64,000 nucleotides of DNA, taken from a virus. Taxonomy: Duplodnaviria > Caudoviricetes. The notes beneath the pieces were generated by a model, which was given only the letters and a program-made list of their open reading frames with translations, was not told the DNA's origin and searched no databases. Location: positions 160,001-224,000 of the IMG/VR virus record IMGVR_UViG_642918906_000001. One strand, written 5' to 3'. The number at the start of each line of letters is the position of its first letter. Position 1 is the first letter of the stretch. The translations under genes and the position numbers were made by a program. Of the stretch, positions 10,124 to 20,717 are shown piece by piece.

Positions 10124-11074
10124 ATGAAATATGGATCACTGAGTAAGTACATGGCTGAAGTTGGTGTTGAACCAAGCCAAGAAGATTTCACTGAAGAAGA
10201 AATCGTTTATGATGAAGGCGCACCTGCCCATGTAAATACTGAAACAGAACCATTGGGTGTAGACACCCAACCTGATAACGCACTTTTCAAACAGCTCCAC
10301 ACGATCTCTACAGAAGCTTTGTCTATCGGTAACTTTGCCCGATACTTCTCCCGTAAAGCAGACTCGTTGAATATCACAGTTCAAGAAGGGTTCAAATACC
10401 TGACCACCTATAACTACGAACCAATGGAAACACTACATCCAATGCAGATGGACAACTATGTATCCACATTGGATTTCATGGACCATGAAGATCTTAAAGT
10501 TCCACAACCAACCAGCTTCAAGGGTGAACTACTTCCATATACAGCACTGCTGCTGGAACGCGCCCAGACGATGAACAAAGTTCTGACCAACGTAATTCAG
10601 CCAGCTACCACCCGCTTTGGTCATTACCTGAGCCTGCCTATGGATCGTGCAGAACGTCGTGACTTCGAATATGGTATCAACATCCAAGATGACCGGGATA
10701 AGATGGTTAAGGAAGATGCAGCGTTGTTTGGTAGCAATCGTTCTAGTTCCGCATCACTAGGTCAACTGTTTAACTCGTTCAGTGATTTCGTTTCCGCTGA
10801 GCGTAACATGCAAACAGTAAAAGCTACCTTAGGTGAAGGTGGTATGGATTCTGTTAAGAAAGCCGTACAGGCCCTTACCATTACCGCAGGTGCTCTGATT
10901 AAACGTCTTGGTCAAGACACCAATAACAAACCATCTACTGAGTTTGTTAGAATGATCTCTGATCAACTGACTGAAGTTGCCCGTTGGGTTGAATGGTACG
11001 CAGGTCAAATGACACGCATCATCGAAACTAACAATGCATTGTATGAAGTTGAGAAAGAAATCCTCAAGCTGTAA
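10124..11074 (+). CDS. Virion head protein with acidic propeptide (gp153-like position)
   Basis: Acidic N-terminus ending in STE-ALS (S/A/G-X-E protease motif); ATG 10124 after AAGGT. Confidence 0.65.
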   Translation: MKYGSLSKYMAEVGVEPSQEDFTEEEIVYDEGAPAHVNTETEPLGVDTQPDNALFKQLHTISTEALSIGNFARYFSRKADSLNITVQEGFKYLTTYNYEPMETLHPMQMDNYVSTLDFMDHEDLKVPQPTSFKGELLPYTALLLERAQTMNKVLTNVIQPATTRFGHYLSLPMDRAERRDFEYGINIQDDRDKMVKEDAALFGSNRSSSASLGQLFNSFSDFVSAERNMQTVKATLGEGGMDSVKKAVQALTITAGALIKRLGQDTNNKPSTEFVRMISDQLTEVARWVEWYAGQMTRIIETNNALYEVEKEILKL

Positions 11075-11077
11075 CGG

Positions 11078-11113
11078 TATAAAAGCCCTCTCCCGAAGGA
11101 GAGGGCCTTATGC
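11078..11113. terminator. Bidirectional hairpin between convergent genes
   Basis: GCCCTCTCC-CGAA-GGAGAGGGC with TATAAAA / TTATGC flanks. Confidence 0.75.
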
Positions 11114-11118
11114 TGCAT

Positions 11119-11523
11119 TTACCGATGCTTTGCTTCAACACAGTAACCTAGAAGACACTTGATATCAGACTCAAGTTTCTCATCAGTACCATAATTAAGC
11201 CAGCAGGGCATCGACCGGATTATCCGACGAACTACACGATCGCTATTTAAATCTACTTTCTCCAATGGAGGAATGTGTTTCCAGATTACGCTCCCAAACA
11301 GCGTAGGGAACTTCATAGCGTTCGAATCTGCAACCAACTGCATACGCTCATTCAGACGATCAATGCTGTTGTGATCGTATGAACTACACTTAACTAATTG
11401 AGCATGCAGTGAAGCTATTACACACATTCTTCGAAACCCCACGTCACTACGAGCCCACAAGCCATGCCAAAAGCTAATGAGTTTCCGACGTGTGGCTGCT
11501 CTGAATTCAGTAATTAGATTCAT
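11119..11523 (-). CDS. Hypothetical protein
   Basis: 134-aa ORF directly downstream of RNase H. Confidence 0.65.
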   Translation of the reverse strand: MNLITEFRAATRRKLISFWHGLWARSDVGFRRMCVIASLHAQLVKCSSYDHNSIDRLNERMQLVADSNAMKFPTLFGSVIWKHIPPLEKVDLNSDRVVRRIIRSMPCWLNYGTDEKLESDIKCLLGYCVEAKHR

Positions 11524-11533
11524 GAGTTACCCA

Positions 11534-12997
11534 CTATTTTTTCAGTAAGAACTGGGCGTACGGTGATCCAAAGATAGCATGACCATCTTCAGCCGTAAAC
11601 ACAGTTGAATATGAATAGGCACACGGACCCAACGGGATAACCATTATTTCGACCTTAATGCCCTCACAGGCCATTCTATTAAGTTGATTACGGGACGGAA
11701 TGTCAATAGCGAGACAAAGCTTGATATTGACTTTCTGACCCTTGAACTTAATTGGAATGTCAAGGTGTGTAGTGTTCTGAGTAATGGTTTTCTTAAGTTG
11801 AGTAACCGTCTTCTTACCTACTACGACTTCGTAAAAGTCAGCGGTAATGTCAATTAGATCCACCGACTCTCCAAGTTTACCATCAATGTATTCATTAAGC
11901 CGTCTTTCCATCTGACCGAATTCAAACACGGCTTCGTTCGCCATCCTAGGCGGATTGAGAGTCTTACTAATCAACCCCATTTCTGGAGTTGCCAGTACAT
12001 GGATATCATCAAACTTCAGCAGACCGGCTACACCCATCGTTTCGATAGTCTGACGGTAACTAGCTCGACATGCGTTTGTTAAGTTGATAATACCGAGTTC
12101 TGGTAGGTCCGTACCAAGTGCATCGGCATGGAGTTGCTTAAGGCTTTCAAGATATTCATCAAGTTCCTTAGCTTTGTAGACACCAAATGTGGCCTCAGCA
12201 ATACGACGACCAAACAATAAGTCAGCTTTTGCTAGCTTATCTTTAGCCGTATCACGCGGTTTAAAACCAGCGTTATGCATTCGACCCAAGTTATAAGTAT
12301 AGTAAACACCATCGGGCACTAGTCCAGAATTGATGCCAAAAACCATACGGGTTTCAAGCAGCAAAGGTGAAATAGGTTTCTTCTTAAGCTTGGTGACTTT
12401 CTCACCGTCTACTTTAACCTGCACTGGCGTTGATGTAGCTACACCGCCGCCCCGAAGAGCGTTCTGGTCAGCCTTATCATTACCGATGTCGTTACTATGA
12501 CCTTTAACCCACTCGATCTTGAGTTTATACCCACGATCGTCCCAACGTTTCTTCTGCTCTAACAAATCGAGCCAAAGCTCTTTGTTTTCACGCGGAGTTC
12601 CATCAGGCTTTAGCCAATTAGCTTTGATCCACTTATGAACCCACTGCGTTAGACCCTTGATAACGTATTCGGAATCGGGACGCATAACCAAGCTTTGCGC
12701 CCCGGATTCAAATGCGAGTTTAAATCCTTCTATAGCTGCTGTTAACTCAGCCGTATTATTGGTGGCCCGTCCTTCCACCTTACCGAACGCATCGTAAAAC
12801 TCGATAACGGTACAAGTTTCATCTAATGCAACTTCTTTATAACCTTCGGCAGTAGGCTGCTGTTTAGTGCTAGCCTTTGACGACATAGGTTTGTCATGAT
12901 AAGTGTATCCATGGACACCCCATCCCGCCACGTTCTTTTGGAACGACCCATCTGTGTATAACACAATTCCATCACACATCTTAAATACCTCCACCAT
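11534..12997 (-). CDS. rnhA: Ribonuclease HI with long C-terminal domain (phiKZ gp155-like)
   Basis: LYTDGS, TNNTAEL, DSEYV, N..LW, EWVKGHS..IGN.KAD. Confidence 0.9.
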   Translation of the reverse strand: MVEVFKMCDGIVLYTDGSFQKNVAGWGVHGYTYHDKPMSSKASTKQQPTAEGYKEVALDETCTVIEFYDAFGKVEGRATNNTAELTAAIEGFKLAFESGAQSLVMRPDSEYVIKGLTQWVHKWIKANWLKPDGTPRENKELWLDLLEQKKRWDDRGYKLKIEWVKGHSNDIGNDKADQNALRGGGVATSTPVQVKVDGEKVTKLKKKPISPLLLETRMVFGINSGLVPDGVYYTYNLGRMHNAGFKPRDTAKDKLAKADLLFGRRIAEATFGVYKAKELDEYLESLKQLHADALGTDLPELGIINLTNACRASYRQTIETMGVAGLLKFDDIHVLATPEMGLISKTLNPPRMANEAVFEFGQMERRLNEYIDGKLGESVDLIDITADFYEVVVGKKTVTQLKKTITQNTTHLDIPIKFKGQKVNIKLCLAIDIPSRNQLNRMACEGIKVEIMVIPLGPCAYSYSTVFTAEDGHAIFGSPYAQFLLKK

Positions 12998-13021
12998 TAA
13001 ATTCCTGATCTAGATCATTGT

Positions 13022-13453
13022 CTATTTCAGTACATTGTTAGTACAGGTCTCCATCCACTTTAAGTGGGCTTGCTCGTATTCGGAGTGCATTTTATCGATG
13101 TGAGTTTGAAGCTCTTTCATTTTTACGCCTATCATCTTGTCTAAAGCCGGTAGATCTTTAGCAGTTGCCAAATCGACAGCTGTAAGATATTTAGGTTTCT
13201 GAGCATCGCGGGGTAGGACGAAAGCATCACAAGAAACTAACTTACGTTCCTTAGTGGGCTGTTTTACTTTCGGGGTCACCCGGTCCGATACCTCTTTCGT
13301 TTGTTGTTCTTGCCGCCAGGTCGACGTAGAGGTAGATTCATAATGAACCACCGTATTCTGATTTTCATTGACGTATGTAGGTGCGTAAACCACGCACGCA
13401 GAAAGGGTAAGGCATACGCCTAGTAGTAAAGCAATTTTAGACATGTGGTTCAT
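13022..13453 (-). CDS. Lipoprotein, candidate outer-membrane spanin
   Basis: MSKIALLLGVCLTLSA-C lipobox; further Cys residues; C-terminal helical region. Confidence 0.6.
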   Translation of the reverse strand: MNHMSKIALLLGVCLTLSACVVYAPTYVNENQNTVVHYESTSTSTWRQEQQTKEVSDRVTPKVKQPTKERKLVSCDAFVLPRDAQKPKYLTAVDLATAKDLPALDKMIGVKMKELQTHIDKMHSEYEQAHLKWMETCTNNVLK

Positions 13454-13466
13454 CCCCTTAAAGGTC

Positions 13467-13754
13467 TTATTTCAGAATATCGCCGAACATCTGACGACGA
13501 AGCAACAAAGCGTCTGTGGCTTTCGATTCATCAGGCTTAGCACACATACTCTCGATGAGTATAAGTTTCTCTGACTTAGCTACACTAAGCTCAACCGTGG
13601 TGTAGAACTGCATTAGGATCGAAATCGCCAAGCAGCCATATACAACAAGGATGTGCAGATTTGCCAGCGCAATTTCTTTTATAGTGAGGTCCCCAAAGAG
13701 AGCTCGCCGAAAGAATGGCCAAAAAAGGAGCAAGGCTCGAATAGTCAAACTCAC
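13467..13754 (-). CDS. Membrane protein, candidate inner-membrane spanin
   Basis: GTG start after GAGG; hydrophobic segment LHILVVYGCLAISILMQFY; immediately upstream of the lipoprotein. Confidence 0.5.
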   Translation of the reverse strand: MSLTIRALLLFWPFFRRALFGDLTIKEIALANLHILVVYGCLAISILMQFYTTVELSVAKSEKLILIESMCAKPDESKATDALLLRRQMFGDILK

Positions 13755-13940
13755 CGGAATATCCTCAGGTCAGTAATAAACTAAGCCTACCCATGTAACC
13801 ATAAAGGCTGAAGCATAGACTTGTTGACGGTATTGGTTCTACTAAAGCAAAACTATACCCGACGATTTAAATTAACGCAAGTAGAATTACTGATTGTATA
13901 GATGGTGTTCCATCAAAGCTCTACTCACGAGGAAAGTACA

Positions 13941-15251
13941 ATGTACGAATTGAAAGGCTTTTTCGAATATCCAGCGTATATCAATAACACGGTGGATACA
14001 GTAGCTGTTCTCGGTGAGATCTCCGACAACAGTCTAACCTATGCAAAAGACAAGACTATCCTAACCGGGTCGTCCACCCCAAACGTAGGTCTGATCTCAT
14101 TTCATAGTGTAAGGGACGAAAATGTCGTTCCAGTTGAAGGTGTGTACTATGAACAAACATTGAAGCTCGGTGAGTATATCTTTAACCAAGCTCAAGCAGG
14201 TACTATCACCAACAACCCAACGGCTTTACGTCAGATGATCATGGCCGAGTTTAGCGGCATTGTTCTGGACTTTACGTCTGGTGTAATGCTGACTAACGGT
14301 AACGTTTGGATGCCCGAGTATATCGAGGTTAAGCTCGCTACTCTGGATAATGAAGATAACCGGGTAATCGTTTGGTTAGCTGATGATTCTTTCGCCGCCC
14401 AGTATGATGGGTATGTGATTGAAGTCATTCAGCCTATTTTACCAGTTGATGATTTCTTTAAAGATCCATTGCAAGTAAAGATTCTTCTGGACTCCTACAA
14501 CATCGTTGAGAAACTTGAAGAAGCTCAAGCTCGCCGGGCTCAGTATCCGTATACTCATCTTCGAGCATTCGAATTTGATTACGTAAACCCTGCTGATCAG
14601 ACTAAACGTTGGTCAGCTAAGTGGTTGGTGATCATCTATGGTGAAGCAGGTAATAACCCCGATATCATCAAAGATGCTATCGTTAAAGATATTCTGGACC
14701 AGTCCACACATCCACGGGAAGATTGGGAAACTATCCTCCCAGATTTGTTTCTGACCACCGAGTTTATCTTTACCCCACTGTGGACCAAATACTCGGTACC
14801 TAACTCAGATTTCCGAGCTGGTCTGTATTCCCCAGTCTTCGACCCTAACACTGATATTAATCTGGTATTGCGTACTGCACGTGGACCTGCTTACACCGAC
14901 GTGTTTGTTCGAGCTAACTATCAGTCCAGTGTTAACATCTATAAGTCTCTGGCTTTTGGTGTTGTCGGTAACCCACAGAACCGTAATGGTGTAACTAAGT
15001 TCTATACGAAGTTCCCTGACTACGTTGTAACTGAGGTTGGTAGCGGTGATGCTAACCGTGTTAGTCCTGAAACGCTGGAGTGGATGATGCTGTTCTCAAC
15101 GCTGATCAAAGCGGCTGAGACCATGACTCGCTACACCAGTGTGCCACGCGGGATCTCTCGTATGGTTCGTGATGGTATTGTGTATGCTTCGGCATTCTAT
15201 AAGAACGTCAACTATCTGGTCGCTGCTAAATCATCGGTTGAATCGATTTAA
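13941..15251 (+). CDS. Putative virion structural protein (gp157-like position)
   Basis: 436-aa ORF from MYELKGF after GAGG; heads a plus-strand structural operon. Confidence 0.7.
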   Translation: MYELKGFFEYPAYINNTVDTVAVLGEISDNSLTYAKDKTILTGSSTPNVGLISFHSVRDENVVPVEGVYYEQTLKLGEYIFNQAQAGTITNNPTALRQMIMAEFSGIVLDFTSGVMLTNGNVWMPEYIEVKLATLDNEDNRVIVWLADDSFAAQYDGYVIEVIQPILPVDDFFKDPLQVKILLDSYNIVEKLEEAQARRAQYPYTHLRAFEFDYVNPADQTKRWSAKWLVIIYGEAGNNPDIIKDAIVKDILDQSTHPREDWETILPDLFLTTEFIFTPLWTKYSVPNSDFRAGLYSPVFDPNTDINLVLRTARGPAYTDVFVRANYQSSVNIYKSLAFGVVGNPQNRNGVTKFYTKFPDYVVTEVGSGDANRVSPETLEWMMLFSTLIKAAETMTRYTSVPRGISRMVRDGIVYASAFYKNVNYLVAAKSSVESI

Positions 15252-15255
15252 AATG

Positions 15256-15278
15256 AGGAGAGGGAAACCTCTCCTTTT
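15256..15278 (+). terminator. Intrinsic terminator
   Basis: AGGAGAGG-GAAA-CCTCTCCT followed by TTT. Confidence 0.7.
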
Positions 15279-15293
15279 ATAACGGAGCCCCAC

Positions 15294-15779
15294 ATGAAAA
15301 TCTTTGAACTCCCTTTATCGGTAAACACGTTGGGTTCCGATCCAACTCTTCATTTATTTAATGCTTTAAATGAAGCGTACCCTGAATACGAACTAACCCG
15401 TGAGAACTCCAGGATTCTAAAGATCCAGCCCGCGGTTACCAGTACGTATCCCAATCTGACCTACCTCAGGATTCAGAAAGGGGATGATCCAGAGGACGTT
15501 TTCGAATTCTTTTATAATCGTTACAACATCAATGACTATATAACTAACCCGTTGTTTACAGCCAGTGAAGCTGCACAGGCTGCCGCTCTACCAAACTCGG
15601 CAAAACTAGTTGATGTGATTTCAGCCAAGGTTCAATTGAACATGCAACCTAATGACTTCTGGACCAGTATCAATAGCCTTGATTATAGTGGTGGTACAGA
15701 TGGACCTAACTGGTCAATGCAATCGGTTTACGATTCAGTTTACTGGTGTGGCAGTATGTATGTATGGTTACACACCTAA
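15294..15779 (+). CDS. Hypothetical protein, possibly structural
   Basis: 161-aa ORF with GGAG RBS. Confidence 0.7.
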   Translation: MKIFELPLSVNTLGSDPTLHLFNALNEAYPEYELTRENSRILKIQPAVTSTYPNLTYLRIQKGDDPEDVFEFFYNRYNINDYITNPLFTASEAAQAAALPNSAKLVDVISAKVQLNMQPNDFWTSINSLDYSGGTDGPNWSMQSVYDSVYWCGSMYVWLHT

Positions 15780-15802
15780 GACAATCTTCAAGAGTTAAAC
15801 AC

Positions 15803-16426
15803 ATGGCTAATAACCTTATTCCAAAAGTAGGTACGAAAGGTAGGTTTGTATTAAAGCCACCGTTCGACGCTGCGATGATTCCGAATACGCTCTACACCAT
15901 GACCGCGGAGCGGACATTCGACGAGATCGATACATTCGGCACCAACATCTATACTCAGTTCTACCAACCTTTCAATATACCTGAAGCGCAGGTAGCGACT
16001 GATCGCGCAGCGGGTGCGGTCATTATTACATTGATGGCCGACTCAGCCCGCCCTTTATATGTCCCATCGACATATGTACAGTCATACCCAGATCTCAACT
16101 ATAAACCGTATAATCAATACATCGCGGTTCTGTCTTTTGGTCCTCTGGCAGACGATACTTTGTTTGAACCTACCGTCCAAGCACTGAAGAATACAACCAG
16201 TGAGTTCTTGGGTGTAGAACCTGAAGTTCATATTGCATTCATGCCGTTAACAGACATCATCACACCTGAGCAACATGATAACCAAGAAGCTGCACGGCAG
16301 GCCGCTATTAGTAATCGCAGTACCGATTATGCCCGTCTTTACGAAGTTCAAGCGCAGAACGCTCAACTTCAACAACGCGTCAACATCCTTGAGAAGATCG
16401 TTAAAGACAACGGTCTACTTGATTAA
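15803..16426 (+). CDS. Hypothetical protein, possibly structural, with C-terminal coiled coil
   Basis: Start MANNLIP at 15803; heptad C-terminus LYEVQAQNAQLQQRVNILE. Confidence 0.7.
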   Translation: MANNLIPKVGTKGRFVLKPPFDAAMIPNTLYTMTAERTFDEIDTFGTNIYTQFYQPFNIPEAQVATDRAAGAVIITLMADSARPLYVPSTYVQSYPDLNYKPYNQYIAVLSFGPLADDTLFEPTVQALKNTTSEFLGVEPEVHIAFMPLTDIITPEQHDNQEAARQAAISNRSTDYARLYEVQAQNAQLQQRVNILEKIVKDNGLLD

Positions 16427-16469
16427 CAACCTTATGTAGAACTACATCCCTATTACCCGGAGTAATTAA

Positions 16470-18311
16470 ATGTCTCGAGTTAAATTATTCGACTTCATCG
16501 GTTCGATTGCAAACGAATCGGTAAGTCATGACGCTGCAACGCACGTCGAAGTGAATACCAAAAACGATCTTCCTAAAAACGTACAGGAAGATACCGACAA
16601 AGTGGAAGTTGATAAAGACGTATCGGCTGATGCAACCAATACCAAAACTAGTGAGCCAGGTCCTAAGGACGGCGGTGGTGACGGTACGGCTGAATTCCAT
16701 TCTGCTGAGAAAGCTGCCACCCACATGAAAGTTGGAGATGTCGCCAAAAATATCGATCGTGATCAAAACGGTGGTCGTGACATCGACACCCTGCCTAACA
16801 AGGTAAACGCCAAAGATGGTTTGAGCTCAAGTGACATTAGTACTTCGGTTGAAGAACATTCTGATAAAGTCGAATCCGAATCTGAAGCAACTGAACTGGA
16901 GTCGATGGACGCTAGTGGTGCAGAAGAAGTTGGTGCAGCAGACGACATGATTGTCGATCTGGATTCCGAAGAAATGGAAATCTCTGGTCTGACTGAAGCC
17001 ACTGATAAAGGCCTGTCGGTAGCCGACGCTGCTTTCGCTAAAGTAGACGAACTCAATAAAGGCGTTGCCTCGATTGAGCGCTACATTGAGATGCTTGATC
17101 GCATTGATCGAGCCGGTCGTGAGTTTACTCCTGAACTCCGTCAGTCTATTAGCTGGGGTCTGGAATCGATCGATGGCGAACTGTTCTTTGATGAACGCGT
17201 AGCACTGGAATCGTGTGATCCGTCTGCACGCGTATCGCTTGAAGCTACAGGCGTGGCTGCCTCCGGTGCCCGCGAAGGTACTATTGATGATGGTGAAGAT
17301 CCGGGCGAAGTAAGTAAGGGTCTGAGTGCCAAACTTAAGAAACTGGTTGAAGCCAGTATCCGAATGTTCTGGCGTGCTGTTAATGCCGTAGTCGACATCT
17401 TCAACCACATGACCGGTGACATGAAGAAGATTCGTGACCATCTGTCTGACCTGCGTTCTAAAGCTAAGGTGCTGGATGGCGGTAAAGAGTTTAAAATGAA
17501 AGGCGCTCATCGCTTGATGGTTGGTGATGAATTTGTTGGTGATGGTCGTCAAGCTGTTGATCGTGTAACCCGCGTAGCTAACGAGCTGTTGATCGCATGG
17601 CCTAACCAACTCGGTAAGATCGTACAGAAGTGGGGTCAAGGTCGTCGTGGGGCAATGAGTAAGACTGAAGATGGTCATAACAACCATATCAATGAAGCTC
17701 GCCTGAAAGATGAATTTGCTGACGCCATTCGCCGTTCCTTCCGTGATATGCAAGCCCTGAGCCCTAATGACCGCGACAAAGTACCGTCCGGTTTCTTGGG
17801 TGTGGATAAGTTGATGTGGTCCGGTCCTCTGGCTGGCAACCGTGCTCTTTACATCGGTACCTCCGATGGCGGTAAGGACATGAAAGGTGCCATCAACTTT
17901 AGCTTCTCGGCTATTCCAGGTGAATCCACTCACGCTGGTGAAATTACCGTTGAGACCCCAACTGCTGGTGAGGCAATCGCCATCATTCGTGAACTTGAGA
18001 AAATGACTCATTTCATCGATGACGCCAAGCAAGGTATGAATACTATCAAGAAAGTCTACGATGGTATCTTCGGTGATTCAATCGAGCGTTTCTCACGTAC
18101 CGTGGCCTCTACACCACAGATGGAAGAATACTACCGTGGTGGTGATCTTGCTCTGACTGTATCACGTGTTACCTTTGATGCTAACCGTGAGTTCTTGGGT
18201 TACATGACCAGTATGGTTAAAGCCTACATTGGCTTCATCAGTGCTTCTATGAAAGCTGAAGGTGGTGGTGAGCAAGGGGACATCGAAGGTTCGGCAACCC
18301 GCGTAGATTAA
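16470..18311 (+). CDS. Inner head protein with long acidic propeptide (phiKZ gp162-like)
   Basis: About 280-aa D/E-rich N-terminus with many S/A/G-X-E sites (STE-like SVE, GLE, ALE, SLE); helical KLKKLVE..IR.FW motif. Confidence 0.7.
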   Translation: MSRVKLFDFIGSIANESVSHDAATHVEVNTKNDLPKNVQEDTDKVEVDKDVSADATNTKTSEPGPKDGGGDGTAEFHSAEKAATHMKVGDVAKNIDRDQNGGRDIDTLPNKVNAKDGLSSSDISTSVEEHSDKVESESEATELESMDASGAEEVGAADDMIVDLDSEEMEISGLTEATDKGLSVADAAFAKVDELNKGVASIERYIEMLDRIDRAGREFTPELRQSISWGLESIDGELFFDERVALESCDPSARVSLEATGVAASGAREGTIDDGEDPGEVSKGLSAKLKKLVEASIRMFWRAVNAVVDIFNHMTGDMKKIRDHLSDLRSKAKVLDGGKEFKMKGAHRLMVGDEFVGDGRQAVDRVTRVANELLIAWPNQLGKIVQKWGQGRRGAMSKTEDGHNNHINEARLKDEFADAIRRSFRDMQALSPNDRDKVPSGFLGVDKLMWSGPLAGNRALYIGTSDGGKDMKGAINFSFSAIPGESTHAGEITVETPTAGEAIAIIRELEKMTHFIDDAKQGMNTIKKVYDGIFGDSIERFSRTVASTPQMEEYYRGGDLALTVSRVTFDANREFLGYMTSMVKAYIGFISASMKAEGGGEQGDIEGSATRVD

Positions 18312-18320
18312 GGAACCAGT

Positions 18321-19514
18321 ATGACTACCCGATCCGACTATAAAACACTTATTCATGATTGGGAAAAGACTGGCAAGCTGTTTGCTTCTTTAGAACGATA
18401 CCAAGCAATCCTTGGTGACGAAGAAGTATCCAGTGAAGACGTAGCTTTCGTAATGAGTACTGCTCTTGAAAACATCGACCCTGAGTTCGATATCAAAGAG
18501 GGTAGTACCATTACTCTGCGCGCTATTAAAGAAGCACTCGTTGCAGCAGCTAAGGTCGCATGGGAAATCCTTAAACAGATCTACCAGTACCTTAACGCCT
18601 TGTATGTTCGATTCACTGGGAGTATCCGTCGTGTACGGGGCAATCAGGTTCGAGTGATGCGACGCTTGGCTTCTTTGGGATCTAAGACCTCGTATTCCAG
18701 TACGATCAACGTAGCTGGTTTGCAAAGACTTAGTGTTGACGGTAAGTTCGTCGGTATCGATATGTCCAACCTTCAGGACATTAAAGCTATCGCCAACTAT
18801 ACCCTCACTGTTTATCCACGTTGCGTAACGCAGATTGCACGTAATGCAAGCCGTCAATTCCTTAACCTTTTGGATACCGCTAATGGCGAAAATAACAAAG
18901 AAGTAAGTAAGCAACTTATTGAGGTGCTATCTGAGATCTTTGAACGTAATTTTCGTGAGCCGCCAGACTCGTCCGATGTACGTCAAGGTGAGATTGGTGG
19001 ACAAACTAAGTTCCTAAAGCGTAGTACTGCTCTGGTGGGTAACTCTGCATTTGTCTACACCGATCCACGTGTGATCGGTAATGAGTTCGGTAAGACTAAC
19101 GGTAATGCAGCTGATACCGTAGCCAGTGCCTTACACATGAACTTCCAAGAACTCAGTTTAAACGTAGCCGACAAATCTGAGCGTGAGATTGAGTTACCTA
19201 CCGTACGTGATCTTACACAACTGACTGAAGAGATCTCGAGAATCCTGACTATCGCTGAAAAGGCGGAATCAGGTAGACGTGATTTCAACTCGGTTAAAAC
19301 AGTTGTTGACGATGCTATTCGTCAAGCTATGGACAGCACCGAAAACAAAGCGGTTATACCTGTAGCACAGACGGTAATGACTGTACTGGGTGAAGTATCT
19401 AAGAAGCTCGCTGAGCCAATGGATAACTTCATGCATTGGTTAGCCATTACTCTGAACGTCTGGTTGAACTTCATCGATCACTGTGTTGACCACTATGAAC
19501 GTGAAGGTATCTGA
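18321..19514 (+). CDS. Inner head protein paralog (phiKZ gp163-like)
   Basis: Aligns with the upstream gene: SLERY, ALE.ID, G.QRL.V.G.FVG, L.GN.A..Y, EIE.PT. Confidence 0.7.
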   Translation: MTTRSDYKTLIHDWEKTGKLFASLERYQAILGDEEVSSEDVAFVMSTALENIDPEFDIKEGSTITLRAIKEALVAAAKVAWEILKQIYQYLNALYVRFTGSIRRVRGNQVRVMRRLASLGSKTSYSSTINVAGLQRLSVDGKFVGIDMSNLQDIKAIANYTLTVYPRCVTQIARNASRQFLNLLDTANGENNKEVSKQLIEVLSEIFERNFREPPDSSDVRQGEIGGQTKFLKRSTALVGNSAFVYTDPRVIGNEFGKTNGNAADTVASALHMNFQELSLNVADKSEREIELPTVRDLTQLTEEISRILTIAEKAESGRRDFNSVKTVVDDAIRQAMDSTENKAVIPVAQTVMTVLGEVSKKLAEPMDNFMHWLAITLNVWLNFIDHCVDHYEREGI

Positions 19515-19551
19515 CGACATATTGCCCAGCCTTAGTGGCTGGGCTTTATGC
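19515..19551. terminator. Bidirectional hairpin; inverted twin of 62961-62997
   Basis: CGACATATTGCCCAGCC-TTAGT-GGCTGGGCTTTATGC. Confidence 0.8.
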
Positions 19552-19553
19552 CG

Positions 19554-19820
19554 CTACGATGTAGTGGTTAAGTTAGGTCGTCCAGTTGCGGTGTCGCCAC
19601 AACTAGCTCGTGATCCAGCCATGCAGACCGGAATACCATTTACAAATACCTTAGCGGAACCTGTAATCATCACTGCACCTTGGTGCGGGCCAGATCCATG
19701 TGGTACAACTTCACAACCTACGACGGCTAAAGGGTTACTGTTGTAGAAGACCTTCTCGTTAGGTCCCGGTTTAATGATACCTCCTGCGGTATCCAAGTTG
19801 CATACGGAAATACCTGCCAT
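19554..19820 (-). CDS. PAAR-repeat spike tip protein (T4 gp5.4-like)
   Basis: [15 protein letters not shown]...[22 protein letters not shown]. Confidence 0.85.
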   Translation of the reverse strand: MAGISVCNLDTAGGIIKPGPNEKVFYNSNPLAVVGCEVVPHGSGPHQGAVMITGSAKVFVNGIPVCMAGSRASCGDTATGRPNLTTTS

Positions 19821-20659
19821 TAGATAAAGTCCCAACGGGTGCACTTGGCTGTAATAGCTGGAGAGTCCAACGTCATCGAGCCAGATGCTTTAATAGTAGT
19901 GGTAGCAGACTCACTGGTGTAAGTCTGAGTCTTAGAAGTAATCGTACTCGGTGTCCACTCATGGGTTGTACCACCCACAGTCATTTTGATGTACTGGTCT
20001 GCTTTAAGATCAATCCATTGCTTCTCAACGTTAATGAATGAATCGTTTGCATTGCGTAGTCGGACACGAGTTTCCTTAGAATTGATTTCAAAGAAGTTAC
20101 CTACATCATCAGCGACTGCTACTGAACCATCTTTGGTATTTATCTGGACGGTGTAAGCAAACGGCTCACCATTCTTTTTAGTTGTTTGTAGATTGACATA
20201 TCCATTTAGTGGAGACACAATAGTCGTATAACAGCTGTCGAGTGATTGACCAGCTCCACCCGCATTGGGGGTTGCACCGTAGGCATTGACAACATGCTCT
20301 AGGGTACGTAGTCCATTACGCATGTTCATGCTACGCCAGAAGTATTTGGTCGAGTTACCCAAACGGTAGATCTCAACGAGTTCACCTCGACGGACGTCAG
20401 GTGGGGTAACACGGTTATCATCAAACGGGTACCATTCACATTCCAGATCGCGAGTAGCGGTACCTTTTACTTCGTAGGCGTTACCCTTAGCATCAATACC
20501 CTTCAAAATATCCTGTACTGGGTTATGTGTTACTTCACCATCAGTTGCAGATGCGGACTCAACCGGTAGTGCTTGGATGATCCTAGAGTCGTAAGATTTG
20601 TTCTTAGTAACATACCCAACACTGAATAAAAATAGTGCAGATTTAATATCAGTAGCCAT
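19820..20659 (-). CDS. Baseplate central spike protein (phiKZ gp164-like)
   Basis: OB-fold-like W...[14 protein letters not shown]-terminal beta-helix-like repeats; overlaps the PAAR gene by 1 nt. Confidence 0.75.
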   Translation of the reverse strand: MATDIKSALFLFSVGYVTKNKSYDSRIIQALPVESASATDGEVTHNPVQDILKGIDAKGNAYEVKGTATRDLECEWYPFDDNRVTPPDVRRGELVEIYRLGNSTKYFWRSMNMRNGLRTLEHVVNAYGATPNAGGAGQSLDSCYTTIVSPLNGYVNLQTTKKNGEPFAYTVQINTKDGSVAVADDVGNFFEINSKETRVRLRNANDSFINVEKQWIDLKADQYIKMTVGGTTHEWTPSTITSKTQTYTSESATTTIKASGSMTLDSPAITAKCTRWDFI

Positions 20660-20717
20660 TGTAATTAACCTTTTACTTGGTTGTATAGATCTATAAGATT
20701 ACTTAAGGATTCTCAAA

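Noticed and set aside
16827-18032. 401-aa antisense ORF (also 9377-10009, 35226-35906, 37848-38651, 39621-40481 and those opposite the tail fibre)
   Set aside because: Shadow frames opposite well-supported genes with biased codon use; no motifs or RBS
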